Below, one piece after another: positions 1 to 10,284 of a stretch of DNA of 64,000 nucleotides. The notes beneath the pieces were generated by a model that ran no database searches, was not told the origin of the DNA, and worked only from the letters and a program-made list of their open reading frames with translations. Numbering within the stretch: position 1 is the first letter of the stretch; the number at the start of each line of letters is the position of its first letter. A program made the position numbers and the translations under genes. The DNA comes from Vulcanimicrobiota bacterium (GTDB lineage: Bacteria > Vulcanimicrobiota > Vulcanimicrobiia > Vulcanimicrobiales > Vulcanimicrobiaceae), in the NCBI GenBank assembly GCA_963812155.1, contig CAWETW010000002.1:174577-238576 (forward strand), in the 5' to 3' direction.

Positions 1-1
1 C

Positions 2-127
2 ATCACGCTCGGTTTGGTTCTCGATTTGGACCGCCCGCAGCGCGGCCTGATCCGAGTCAATCTGACGCCGTTGCAGACCGTCCAAGGCGCCATCGAGGGA
101 ACGGCCGCGCAGCCCACTCCACCGTAA
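2..127 (+). CDS. 3' end of a CDS entering from upstream of the window (hypothetical protein)
   Basis: Own translation: frame is open from base 2 to TAA at 125-127 (ITLGLVLDLDRPQRGLIRVNLTPLQTVQGAIEGTAAQPTPP*). Too short for the ORF track. The LDLDRP..GLIRV tail resembles DUF4239-type membrane proteins, from memory only. Confidence 0.35.
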   Translation: MTLGLVLDLDRPQRGLIRVNLTPLQTVQGAIEGTAAQPTPP

Positions 128-143
128 CGTTCTAACGTTACGG
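122..143. terminator. Perfect hairpin (ccgtaacgtt/aacgttacgg) between the partial + CDS and the minus-strand tRNA
   Basis: The two 10-nt arms abut: ccgtaacgtt is immediately followed by its reverse complement aacgttacgg. It overlaps the + CDS stop codon and lies 4 nt beyond the tRNA 3' end. No clear U-tract, so a terminator role is inferred. Confidence 0.4.
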
Positions 144-147
144 CTCG

Positions 148-222
148 TGGTGGGCCTGGTAGGATTCGAACCTACGCGCAACCAGTTATGAGCCGGCCGC
201 TCTACCGCTGAGCTACAGGCCC
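148..222 (-). tRNA. tRNA with CAU anticodon (elongator tRNA-Met type; lysidine-modified tRNA-Ile2 not excluded), CCA encoded
   Basis: The reverse complement reads GGGCCTGTAGCTCAGCGGTAGAGCGGCCGGCTCATAACTGGTTGCGCGTAGGTTCGAATCCTACCAGGCCCACCA. It has a 7-bp acceptor stem GGGCCTG/CAGGCCC, a GTTCGAATC T-loop and anticodon loop CTCATAA. G1-C72 pairing argues against an initiator. Confidence 0.9.
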
Positions 223-275
223 GGTAGACGCGCAACGGTTACACGATACGCCGCGGCAAGGCGCGCGTCCCCGTG

Positions 276-596
276 CTACGAGCCGGGCGGATGAAAGGAT
301 ACGTGCTCGCGAATCGCGCGATCGACGTCCTCGACGGTCATCAGCGGCGTCATCCCGCTCGCGATTGCGCCCGACGCCCGGACCGTCATCGCAATCGCCA
401 GCGCGGTATCGGCACTCGGAACGTCGATAATCAGGATCGCGTCGTCGGTCCCGAACATGAAGTAGAACGCTTCGAGCGTTCCCCCCAGCGATGCGAGCAG
501 CGCTTCGACGGCTTTCTTTCGTCCGGAGCCGCCGTCTTTGAGCACGCCCTTCGCGCCTTCGGGCGTGTATTGTGCTTGAACCAAGAATTTCGGCAT
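276..596 (-). CDS. GYD domain-containing protein
   Basis: 106-aa ORF MPKFLVQAQYTPEGAKGVLKDGG... is typical of the GYD family in size and N-terminus. A GGAGG lies 5 nt upstream of the ATG. Confidence 0.85.
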   Translation of the reverse strand: MPKFLVQAQYTPEGAKGVLKDGGSGRKKAVEALLASLGGTLEAFYFMFGTDDAILIIDVPSADTALAIAMTVRASGAIASGMTPLMTVEDVDRAIREHVSFHPPGS

Positions 597-722
597 AAGG
601 ACCTCCGTGCACGGATGCTACGCCGAACTTCACCGCCGTCCCGTTTTCGACGGCAAAGGACTCCCGCGAGCGTGGCCCTGAATAGCCGCCTCAGCGATCA
701 ACGCCTTCACGAAGGAGGTCTC

Positions 723-1193
723 GTGGCCATTCGAATCGGCGCTCTTGCGTTTGCGCTCGCGCTCGTGCCTGCGGCCGTCGCGGCCGCTCAAAGTCCGCCG
801 CCACCCGCGCCGATTTTGCAGCTTGCGAACGCGGTGATCCACGCTGCGAACACCGACGATGCCTCCGCGCTCTCCGCCCTCTACAGCGGCGACGCGGTCG
901 TCGTCGACGAGAATCCGCCGTTTCGCTGGCGCGGCGCCGGCGCGGGCGTCGCCTGGTGGCATTCCGTCGAAGCGGTCACGCGAAAGGCGAAGTTACTGCA
1001 CCTCAAGTCGGTCAACGTTCGTCTTGGCGAGTTCAAGCAATCTGCAACCAATGCATATCTCGTCCAGGCCATGACGGTAACGGGCATCATGGCGGGCAAG
1101 CCGTTCGCCGAAGCCGGAACGATGACGTACACCTTCCACGCGACGGGCGGAAAATGGCTGATTTCCAGCATGGTGTGGACGACGAAGCCTTAG
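723..1193 (+). CDS. Secreted SnoaL-like / DUF4440 (NTF2-fold) protein
   Basis: This is the C-terminal 156 aa of the 273..1193 ORF. A GTG at 723 follows GGAGG (714-718). There is a signal-peptide-like VAIRIGALAFALALVPAAVAAAQ. The remainder is an NTF2-like pattern (ALSALYSGDAVVVDE...GKWLISSMVW). The upstream part of the ORF is antisense to the GYD gene. Confidence 0.6.
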   Translation: MAIRIGALAFALALVPAAVAAAQSPPPPAPILQLANAVIHAANTDDASALSALYSGDAVVVDENPPFRWRGAGAGVAWWHSVEAVTRKAKLLHLKSVNVRLGEFKQSATNAYLVQAMTVTGIMAGKPFAEAGTMTYTFHATGGKWLISSMVWTTKP

Positions 1194-1211
1194 GAGCATC
1201 GTTGTAACGCC

Positions 1212-1718
1212 GTGCCGGAATTTCGTTCGCTCTTTGAAACGCCCATCGGCACAATCGAGCTTGCCGTGAATGACGAGTGCTCGCTGACCGAGATTCTGCT
1301 CCCTAATCGCGGCCCATTCGCGCCCTCGCCGCAGCCGTCGTCGCCGGCGGCAGCGCGAACGATGCGTGTGGTGAAACGGCAACTCGAAGAATACTTTACG
1401 GGCAGGCGAACGATTTTCGATCTGCCGCTGCAGTTTTCCGGGTCGCCGTTCGAACGCCGCGTGTGGACGACGCTGCTCGAAATACCGTTCGGCGTTACGA
1501 CATCGTACGGTGCGATCGCAACGGAGCTCGGTCTGATCAACGGGGCGCGCGCCGTAGGCCGCGCCAATGGTGCGAATCCCATACCCATCGTGATCCCATG
1601 CCATCGCGTGATCGGATCGGATGGTCGTCTGACCGGCTACGGAGGCGGCTTGCCCCTGAAACGCGCGTTGCTCGAACTCGAAGGAGCGCTCGCATCGCCG
1701 GAACTGCCTTTGCTTTAG
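1212..1718 (+). CDS. ogt: Methylated-DNA--protein-cysteine methyltransferase
   Basis: Contains the active-site motif IPCHRV, plus the flanking TSYGAIA...GANPIPIVIPCHRVIGSDG..GYGGGL context characteristic of Ogt and the Ada C-terminal domain. Confidence 0.9.
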   Translation: MPEFRSLFETPIGTIELAVNDECSLTEILLPNRGPFAPSPQPSSPAAARTMRVVKRQLEEYFTGRRTIFDLPLQFSGSPFERRVWTTLLEIPFGVTTSYGAIATELGLINGARAVGRANGANPIPIVIPCHRVIGSDGRLTGYGGGLPLKRALLELEGALASPELPLL

Positions 1719-1752
1719 ATTCGCAAGGCGGTACGTTCGCGCTTAGGCGGCC

Positions 1753-3417
1753 TTAGTGCGCCAGCACTTGGTGCACGAAGGAGATGGCGATGGAGCCTTC
1801 GCCGACCGCCGAAGCGACGCGTTTGACGCTGCCGCCGCGAACGTCCCCCACTGCAAACACCGCCGGCAAACTCGTTTCGAGCAGAAACGGCGGCCGCGCA
1901 AGCTTCCATCCAGCGGCGGACAAGTCGTCGGCGTTCAGCTCGGGACCGGTCTTGACGAAGCCCTTTTCATCCAACGTCAGACAGCCGTCGAGCCAGGCGC
2001 TGTTCGGCTCGGCACCGGTCATGAGAAATACGTGGGGGATGTTGCGTTCCTCGGTTGCACCGGTTTGATTGTTGCGCCAGCGAACGCGCTCGAGCCGATC
2101 GCTGCCCAGCAGCTCAACGACTTCCGTATGCGTAAGGAGTTCGATGTTCGGCGTCAGCTCGATGCGTCGGCTGAGGTAGCGCGACATGCTTTGCGCGAGA
2201 CCGTTCGACCGCACCAGCAGGTAAACGCGCTTGGCGGTCGCGGCCAGAAACACCGCGGCCTGCCCGGCTGAATTGCCGCCCCCGACGATGACCACCTCGT
2301 CGCCGGCGCAGAGTTGCGATTCGACGAACGTCGCGCCGTAGTAGACGCCTCTGCCTTCAAACTGCTCGAGGTTTTCCAACGCGGGTTTGCGATACTGCAC
2401 GCCGCTCGCGATCACGATCGAACGTGCCCGAATCTCGCCGCCGCTTTCCAGCTGCACGCGATACGGATGGCGTTCGCAGTGCAAGCGCAACGCGCGGTCG
2501 ATCAACACTTGCGCACCGAATCGTTCCGCTTGGGTGTAGGCCCGCCCCGCCAGTTCCTGTCCGGAAACGCCGGCGGGGAAGCCGAGATAGTTTTCGATGC
2601 GCGACGTCGACCCGGCTTGCCCGCCCGGCGCATTGGTCTCGATCACGAGCACGTCGAGCCCCTCGGACGCGCCATAGACTGCGGCCGCAAGTCCCGACGG
2701 GCCGGCACCGATGACGACGACGTCGCGAACGTGCCTCCGATCGATCGACTCGTTGAAGCCCAAACACTCGGCCACCTCGCGGTTTGACGGGTTTCGCAAA
2801 ACGTTTTTTCCCCGGCAAATGACGACCGGTATCTCGTGCGCGGCGACGTGGAACCCACGCATCAGCTGCTCGACTTCCACATCGCCCTCGAGGTCCATAT
2901 ACGCGTACGGATGGCCGTTGCGCATGAGAAACTCTTTGAGCCGCCAAGTGTCTGCGGAATGCGCGGATCCGACTAAGACGACGTCGCCGATGCCGGCGGT
3001 GACGAAGGCAACGCGCCGAAGGATGAACGCGCGCATCACGAGCTCGCCGATTTCCGCATCGGTTTGTACGAGCGCCATCATCGTCTTCCGGTCGAGCTCG
3101 ACGAGCTCGCCGTCCGTGGCGGCCTGGATACGGAACATCGCACGCCGGCCTGAGAGCGTGTTGATCTCACCGTTGAACTGGCCGCGCCCCTTTAATGTGA
3201 CGATTCGTTTCTCGAGATCCGTCGGACGCACCGCTTCGAGTTCGCCGGAGAGGATGACGAAAAACGGCAACGCCGCGTCCCCTTGCTCGATGAGTACTTC
3301 ACCGGCGGTGACGCGGCGTCGCGTGCCATGGCTATCCAGCCTCGCGATTTGCGCCTCGGAAAGCGTCGGGAAGATGTCTTCCCGCGCAGCGAGGAGGGGA
3401 AGCTCCGAACTGCTCAT
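1753..3417 (-). CDS. Cyclic-nucleotide-binding domain fused to a thioredoxin-reductase-like FAD/NAD(P) pyridine nucleotide-disulfide oxidoreductase
   Basis: The N-terminal about 130 aa form a cNMP-binding beta-roll (FFVILSGELEAV...GELVM). Two Rossmann motifs follow (VVVIGAGPSGLAAA; VVIVGGGNSAGQAA). Only one Cys (ESQLCAGD) occupies the position where TrxR has CxxC. The gene lies 30 nt downstream of katG on the same strand. Confidence 0.85.
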   Translation of the reverse strand: MSSSELPLLAAREDIFPTLSEAQIARLDSHGTRRRVTAGEVLIEQGDAALPFFVILSGELEAVRPTDLEKRIVTLKGRGQFNGEINTLSGRRAMFRIQAATDGELVELDRKTMMALVQTDAEIGELVMRAFILRRVAFVTAGIGDVVLVGSAHSADTWRLKEFLMRNGHPYAYMDLEGDVEVEQLMRGFHVAAHEIPVVICRGKNVLRNPSNREVAECLGFNESIDRRHVRDVVVIGAGPSGLAAAVYGASEGLDVLVIETNAPGGQAGSTSRIENYLGFPAGVSGQELAGRAYTQAERFGAQVLIDRALRLHCERHPYRVQLESGGEIRARSIVIASGVQYRKPALENLEQFEGRGVYYGATFVESQLCAGDEVVIVGGGNSAGQAAVFLAATAKRVYLLVRSNGLAQSMSRYLSRRIELTPNIELLTHTEVVELLGSDRLERVRWRNNQTGATEERNIPHVFLMTGAEPNSAWLDGCLTLDEKGFVKTGPELNADDLSAAGWKLARPPFLLETSLPAVFAVGDVRGGSVKRVASAVGEGSIAISFVHQVLAH

Positions 3418-3447
3418 TTTTCGGCGCTTTGCCGCGCAGGCTCGATG

Positions 3448-5658
<2,211 letters not shown>

Positions 5659-5717
5659 CTACTATCTCTCCGATTGCGTGAAAGGAAGAAGGGAAGGCTT
5701 GACTCCCTTCTTGAAAG

Positions 5718-5732
5718 TGAATATCATTCTCA
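5718..5732. promoter_or_regulatory. Candidate Fur/PerR-type operator in the katG / fur-family divergent intergenic region
   Basis: AT-rich imperfect 7-1-7 inverted repeat TGAATAT-C-ATTCTCA. It sits in an otherwise GC-rich 125-bp spacer between katG (minus) and the Fur-family gene (plus). This is resemblance to Fur/PerR boxes only. Confidence 0.3.
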
Positions 5733-5780
5733 GTATTGCTAAGAGTAGCGCCGCGGGCGCTTGGAGTCAATAGGGCTACT

Positions 5781-6197
5781 ATGGCGTCGATCCTGCACAC
5801 GAAGCTGCCAAAAAATTACCGGCTCATCTACGACATCGTCGAGGAGAGCGGGCTTGGCCGCCATCTGACGCCGACGCAGATCTACGCGAAGGCGCGCAGG
5901 CACCGGCCCGGCATCGGATTCTCGACGGTGTATCGCGGCCTCGAGCGCTTGCGCGAGCTTGGACTGGTTTCGGAACTGCACGTCCCCGGTGCGGTCGCTG
6001 CAACGTTCGAGCCGGCCGGGCCGCGGCACGCCCATTTCCGGTGCAGCGAGTGCGGCGAAATCGAAGACGTCGAATACGCAATCCCGTCGCGCACGATTAA
6101 GGCGCTCGCACTGGAGCACGGTTTCGAGATCGATGGCGAGCGCGTGACCTTCGAAGGTCGCTGCGCGCCGTGCGGCGCACCCTCCGGCAAACGCTAG
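5781..6197 (+). CDS. Fur family transcriptional regulator (PerR/FurA-like, divergent from katG)
   Basis: Contains a winged-helix region (IYDIVEESG..HLTPTQIYAKA....IGFSTVYRGLERLRELGLV) and C-terminal CxxC pairs (CSECG ... CAPCG). I chose the ATG at 5781 over the TTG at 5736 that the ORF track uses. Confidence 0.85.
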   Translation: MASILHTKLPKNYRLIYDIVEESGLGRHLTPTQIYAKARRHRPGIGFSTVYRGLERLRELGLVSELHVPGAVAATFEPAGPRHAHFRCSECGEIEDVEYAIPSRTIKALALEHGFEIDGERVTFEGRCAPCGAPSGKR

Positions 6198-6218
6198 CTC
6201 GCAAAACGGAGGCTTCGA

Positions 6219-7862
6219 ATGGAAATGCCCTCGCACGAATGGTTGCGCGGCATTGCGGCATTGACGTTGGCGGCCGCCCTCTCCGGATCCGCCGTTTCTG
6301 CCGCCGGAGCCAGCGGATCCGCTCCAAGCCGAACGGCCGTGCCGCCCGATATTCAAGCCGTCTTTCAAAAGCCGGCGTATGCCAAAGGCGTGTGGGGGCT
6401 GCGCGTTCTCGACGGCCAGAACGTGCTCGTCGATTACAACTCGCAACGGCAGTTCTACATCGGATCGGTTCGCAAAGTCTTCAGCGTCGGGCAACTGCTC
6501 AATGCCGTCGGGCCGAGCCACAGCTACGACACGCCCGTCTACCGCAGCGGCACCATCGACGCAAACGGCGTGCTTCACGGTAACCTCATCGTCGTAGCGT
6601 CCGGCGATCTCACGATGGGCGGCCGCACCAATCCGGACGGAACGATTGCGGTCAGCGATTGGGATCATAACGAAGCCGATGGCCTCGGCAATGCCGTTCT
6701 CACCAAACCCAATCCGCTCGCCGGGTATGCGAAGCTCGCCCGAGCCGTGAAATCGGCCGGAATCAAGCGGGTTTCCGGAAACGTCGTTATCGACGACCGG
6801 TTGTTTGCGCCGTTCTTCTTTCGCGATCAATTCTACGTACGCCCGATTTTCGTCAACGACGACGTCGTCGATCTTTCGATGGTGCCCGGCAGCAGCGCCG
6901 GCGCACTCGTCAACGTTTCGACGCGCCCGGTCTCTGCCGCGCTCGACGTCGTCAACCAACTGCGCGTCGGCGCGGCCGGCAGCAAAAACACGCTGAAGAT
7001 CGAACCGGAACTGCTGCAATGCATCGGCAAGCGCGGATGCACGGCCACGATTTCGGGAACCCTGCCGAGCGACTTCAAGCCCCCGCTCACCGGGCAGCCG
7101 GCGCTCGTACAGACGATTCGTATCGTGCAGCCTTCGAACTACGCGCGCACGGTCTTCATCGAAGAACTGCGCAACGCCGGCGTCACCGTTGCAGCGCCCG
7201 ACGTTGGAGGAAATCCCGTCGCGCTGCTTCCGCCGAAAAACTCGTACCGCCCCTCCGATAAGGTGGCTGCGCTGACCGGCATGCGCTACGGCCAAAACGC
7301 AAAGTTCGTTCTCAAGATCAGTTACAACATCGGAGCCGACACGAGTCTCGTGCTGTTGGGAGTAAAAAACCACGCACCTTCAATGAACGCTGCACTGGCG
7401 TACGAGCGCAACGATCTACGCGCGCATTGGGGGATCGCCGCCAACCAATACCATTTCATCGACGGCAGCGGCGGAGGCGAGACGACCGCGACCAACACCG
7501 CGGTGACACGGATGCTGGAAGAACTCGCGAAGAGCCCAGCGCATCGCGCGTTCGTCGACGCCCTGCCGATTCTCGGCGTCGACGGGTCGCTGGGATTCGT
7601 CAAGAATTTCCAGTCGGATGCAAGCTTAGCCGGCGCCGCGGGAAACGTCCGTGCAAAGACCGGAACCTACGTCGGCGCCTCCGCGACCGGCGGCATGGAA
7701 CTGAAGGGGCAGGCGCTCGGCGGATACATCACCACAAAGCGCGGTCGCCATCTCACCTTCGAATTGGTCGTAAACAACATTCCGATGTCCGGCATCAACG
7801 ATCTCATCGGCGTCTTTCAGGATCAAGGCGCCATTGCGGCAAGCTTGTGGCGAGACTACTAG
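6219..7862 (+). CDS. D-alanyl-D-alanine carboxypeptidase/endopeptidase, PBP4 (peptidase S13) family
   Basis: Signal peptide present. Carries the SxxK (GSVRKVF), SxN (ISYNIGAD) and KTG (RAKTGT) motifs in the order and spacing expected for S13. GGAGG lies 6 nt upstream of the ATG. Confidence 0.75.
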   Translation: MEMPSHEWLRGIAALTLAAALSGSAVSAAGASGSAPSRTAVPPDIQAVFQKPAYAKGVWGLRVLDGQNVLVDYNSQRQFYIGSVRKVFSVGQLLNAVGPSHSYDTPVYRSGTIDANGVLHGNLIVVASGDLTMGGRTNPDGTIAVSDWDHNEADGLGNAVLTKPNPLAGYAKLARAVKSAGIKRVSGNVVIDDRLFAPFFFRDQFYVRPIFVNDDVVDLSMVPGSSAGALVNVSTRPVSAALDVVNQLRVGAAGSKNTLKIEPELLQCIGKRGCTATISGTLPSDFKPPLTGQPALVQTIRIVQPSNYARTVFIEELRNAGVTVAAPDVGGNPVALLPPKNSYRPSDKVAALTGMRYGQNAKFVLKISYNIGADTSLVLLGVKNHAPSMNAALAYERNDLRAHWGIAANQYHFIDGSGGGETTATNTAVTRMLEELAKSPAHRAFVDALPILGVDGSLGFVKNFQSDASLAGAAGNVRAKTGTYVGASATGGMELKGQALGGYITTKRGRHLTFELVVNNIPMSGINDLIGVFQDQGAIAASLWRDY

Positions 7863-7880
7863 CGGTCTCCTAAAAGAAAA

Positions 7881-7908
7881 CTGACCGGTTCGATTGCGAA
7901 CCGGTCAG
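7881..7908. terminator. Bidirectional intrinsic terminator between convergent genes
   Basis: 12-bp perfect stem ctgaccggttcg/cgaaccggtcag with a 4-nt loop. It is preceded by aaaagaaaa and followed by tgtggttttcg, so each transcript direction sees a U-rich tail. Confidence 0.65.
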
Positions 7909-7939
7909 TGTGGTTTTCGAATCGGCTAGCGGGGCCGCT

Positions 7940-8674
7940 TCACGGAGTGAGCATCGGCAACGCTTTTCGAATCTCGTTGACCCTCGCTTCGCTGAACGTT
8001 TGCCTCCCGACCAGCGTGATCGTTCCGGTCGTGTAGGTGGCGCCGCCTTGCTGCTTCAGCGTCATCTTTCCGGATCCGCCCTTGCTCGAAAGCTTTGAGA
8101 TCACGAGCGACGCGATCGGACCCTCTTCCACGGTCTTACTGTTGTAGTTGAACGATGCGAGGTTTGGAGTACCGAGCGTCTCTCCGCTAAACTTGAGATC
8201 GCGTAACGGCTTTCCATCCGTCGTCGTGAACAGAATCGCGCAGCCGTTCTGCTTGTTCGCGGTCGCGAACGTTCCCCAGTAGTAGTAGACCTGCTGCGGC
8301 TTGGGCGTCGGCGTCGGTTTCGGCGTCGGCGTCGGTTTCGGCGTCGGCGTTGGTTTCGGCGTCGGCGTCGGCTTGGGCGTCGGCGTGGCCTTCGTATAGC
8401 TGGTCAGCACCCACAGCGCCTCATTCGTTTGTTTGGTCGCGGTGAACGTCGTGCCCTTGACCTGTCCGAGCGCGAAGTAACTCAAATACTTTCCGGGAAT
8501 TTTGCGCTTCGGCGCGGTGCACGACGGCGTTCCCGCCGCCGGCGACATTTGATCGGTTGACGCATCACCCGGCGCAACCGACGGCGTAAAACCCGTACCG
8601 GCTGCATGACACGCGACCAGCAACGTTGCCACAAAGAGTGCAACGCCGCCGTAAAGTGGAGACCTCTTGATCAC
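7940..8674 (-). CDS. Lipoprotein of unknown function with a (KPTPTP)n linker
   Basis: Signal peptide with lipobox (LLVAC). An N-terminal domain is followed by TPTPKPTPTPKPTPTPKPTPTPKPTPTPKP and then a C-terminal domain. No family recognised. Confidence 0.6.
   Translation of the reverse strand: MIKRSPLYGGVALFVATLLVACHAAGTGFTPSVAPGDASTDQMSPAAGTPSCTAPKRKIPGKYLSYFALGQVKGTTFTATKQTNEALWVLTSYTKATPTPKPTPTPKPTPTPKPTPTPKPTPTPKPQQVYYYWGTFATANKQNGCAILFTTTDGKPLRDLKFSGETLGTPNLASFNYNSKTVEEGPIASLVISKLSSKGGSGKMTLKQQGGATYTTGTITLVGRQTFSEARVNEIRKALPMLTP
8298..8388. repeat. Tandem 18-bp repeat (about 5 units) encoding KPTPTP in the lipoprotein gene
   Basis: Plus strand reads ggcgtcggcgtcggtttc repeated with minor variation. 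It is in frame within 7940..8674. Confidence 0.8.
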
Positions 8675-8815
8675 GATCCGAATCCTCCAAAAGAAGCTGG
8701 CTGCGGGCTCTTTGGGGTCGAGACCGCCGATTCATCTTTTGAGGAACGCAAGCGTGGGGTAGAATACCTGCTCCCTGGGTGGAATCGTTGCCTGCCGCCC
8801 GAAATCGTCCTCGAC

Positions 8816-9871
8816 ATGAAGGTGACCGAGCCGGCGCGCGCCGACCGCGTGCGTCTTACCCATCGCAGTACCTGCGCGGGATGCGCCGCCAAGGTACAGG
8901 CGAGCATCCTTGCGGATATTTTGCGGCGGCTGCCTCCGATTACGGATGCCAACGTTCTCGTTGGGCATTCGAGCGGTGACGACGCCGGCGTCTACCGTCT
9001 CGACGACGAACGCGCGCTCGTTCAAACGGTCGATTTCTTTCCGCCGATCGTCGACGATCCGTACGATTACGGCCGGATTGCCGCCGCCAATGCGCTTTCC
9101 GACGTTTACGCAATGGGCGCGCGGCCGCTGTGCGCGCTCGCGATCGCGGCATTTCCGGAAGACCTCGATGCAGATTTCGTCGCCGCGATTTTGCGCGGCG
9201 GCATCGACGTTGCCGCGCAAGCCGGCATTGCCGTCATCGGCGGCCACACGATTGCGGACGACGAACCGAAGTACGGTTTGGCGGTGACGGGAGTCGTCCG
9301 ACCGGATCGGATTCTGCGCAACGACACCGGACGTGCCGGCGACGTGCTGATTCTGACCAAGCCGCTTGGCACCGGGATTCTGACCACCGCTCGGCGAGGC
9401 GATGCAATAGATGAAGCAACTCTCGCGCCCGCCGTAGACTCTATGGTGACGCTTAATCGCGCCGCGAGCGAAGTCGCGGCGGGATTCGACGTTCGTGCGA
9501 TGACCGACGTGACGGGCTTCGGACTGTTAGGCCATTTGCGCGAGATGTTGGCCGGCCGCCTGGGCGCGCGCATCGGCGCTGCGTCGGTACCGCTGCTTCC
9601 GGAAGCGTTGTCGTTGGCAGCCAAAGATTTCGTGCCGGGCGGCACGCGAAAAAATCTGGCGGCCGCCCGGGAAAACGGCGTGCGCTTCGACGCCCGTCTC
9701 CCGGAGGGACTCGCGACCGTCTTGTGCGACGCACAGACCTCCGGCGGCCTCTTGATCGCGATCGGCGAGGAAGACGCAACACCGCTCGTGGCGGCGCTTC
9801 ACGAAGCCGGAATCATTGCGGCGTCTATCATCGGCGCGCTTACCGCATCGGGCAGCGTCGAAGTCGTATAA
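8816..9871 (+). CDS. selD: Selenide, water dikinase (selenophosphate synthetase), Cys-type
   Basis: LTHRSTCAGCAAKV aligns with the E. coli SelD LTQYSHGAGCGCKI loop. The catalytic residue is encoded by TGC, so it is not Sec. The PurM-like core DDAGVY....VQTVDFF.PIVDDPYDYGRIAAANALSDVYAMGA is present. I chose the ATG at 8816; the upstream part of the 8606 ORF overlaps the divergent lipoprotein gene. Confidence 0.9.
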   Translation: MKVTEPARADRVRLTHRSTCAGCAAKVQASILADILRRLPPITDANVLVGHSSGDDAGVYRLDDERALVQTVDFFPPIVDDPYDYGRIAAANALSDVYAMGARPLCALAIAAFPEDLDADFVAAILRGGIDVAAQAGIAVIGGHTIADDEPKYGLAVTGVVRPDRILRNDTGRAGDVLILTKPLGTGILTTARRGDAIDEATLAPAVDSMVTLNRAASEVAAGFDVRAMTDVTGFGLLGHLREMLAGRLGARIGAASVPLLPEALSLAAKDFVPGGTRKNLAAARENGVRFDARLPEGLATVLCDAQTSGGLLIAIGEEDATPLVAALHEAGIIAASIIGALTASGSVEVV

Positions 9872-9922
9872 CCGGCTCCGGGGGTGCGCGACGCCACGCT
9901 TGACGGCGTTCATAGTTAGCTG

Positions 9923-9940
9923 TATAGTTATATAACTATA
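9923..9940. promoter_or_regulatory. Perfect 18-bp palindrome, candidate ArsR-family operator overlapping the regulator start codon
   Basis: TATAGTTAT/ATAACTATA. A third ATAGTTA half-site lies at 9912-9918. It is an AT-rich island in GC-rich DNA, and the last base is the A of the ArsR ATG. Confidence 0.5.
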
Positions 9941-10284
9941 TGGTTAATCAAACGCGGATAGATGCGGTCTTTGCGGCTCTCGCCGATCCGACGAGGCGCC
10001 GGATGGTCGAACGCCTGGCGCGCGGTTCGATGAGTGTCGGGGAGATTGCCCAGGGCTTTGCGATCTCGCAGCCCGGAATCTCCAAGCACGTCAGAGTGCT
10101 CGAAGAAGCCGGCTTGCTTAAGCGCGAGGTCGTCGGCCGCGTACACCACTGCACCATCGATCGCAAGGCGATGGAAACCGCGTCGGCGTGGTTCGAACGA
10201 CAGCGCCGGTTCTGGAACGCCACGCTGGATCGCCTCGACACCTACCTCACATCGCCACCGAAAGCACGGAGGAAGCATTCATGA
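9940..10284 (+). CDS. ArsR/SmtB family transcriptional regulator
   Basis: FAALADPTRRRMVERLARGSMSVGEIAQGFAISQPGISKHVRVLEEAGLL is the canonical ArsR winged-HTH sequence. Confidence 0.9.
   Translation: MVNQTRIDAVFAALADPTRRRMVERLARGSMSVGEIAQGFAISQPGISKHVRVLEEAGLLKREVVGRVHHCTIDRKAMETASAWFERQRRFWNATLDRLDTYLTSPPKARRKHS

Noticed and set aside
5739-7373. 544-aa ORF on the minus strand
   Set aside because: It is antisense to the Fur-family gene and the PBP4-type carboxypeptidase, both of which carry clear family motifs. Its composition is low-complexity and Arg-rich.
8187-8414. ORF encoding ADADAETDADAET repeats; possible CRISPR-like periodicity of the 18-bp repeat
   Set aside because: It is an alternate frame of the KPTPTP linker in the lipoprotein gene. 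The units are contiguous tandem coding repeats with no unique spacers, so this is not a CRISPR array.
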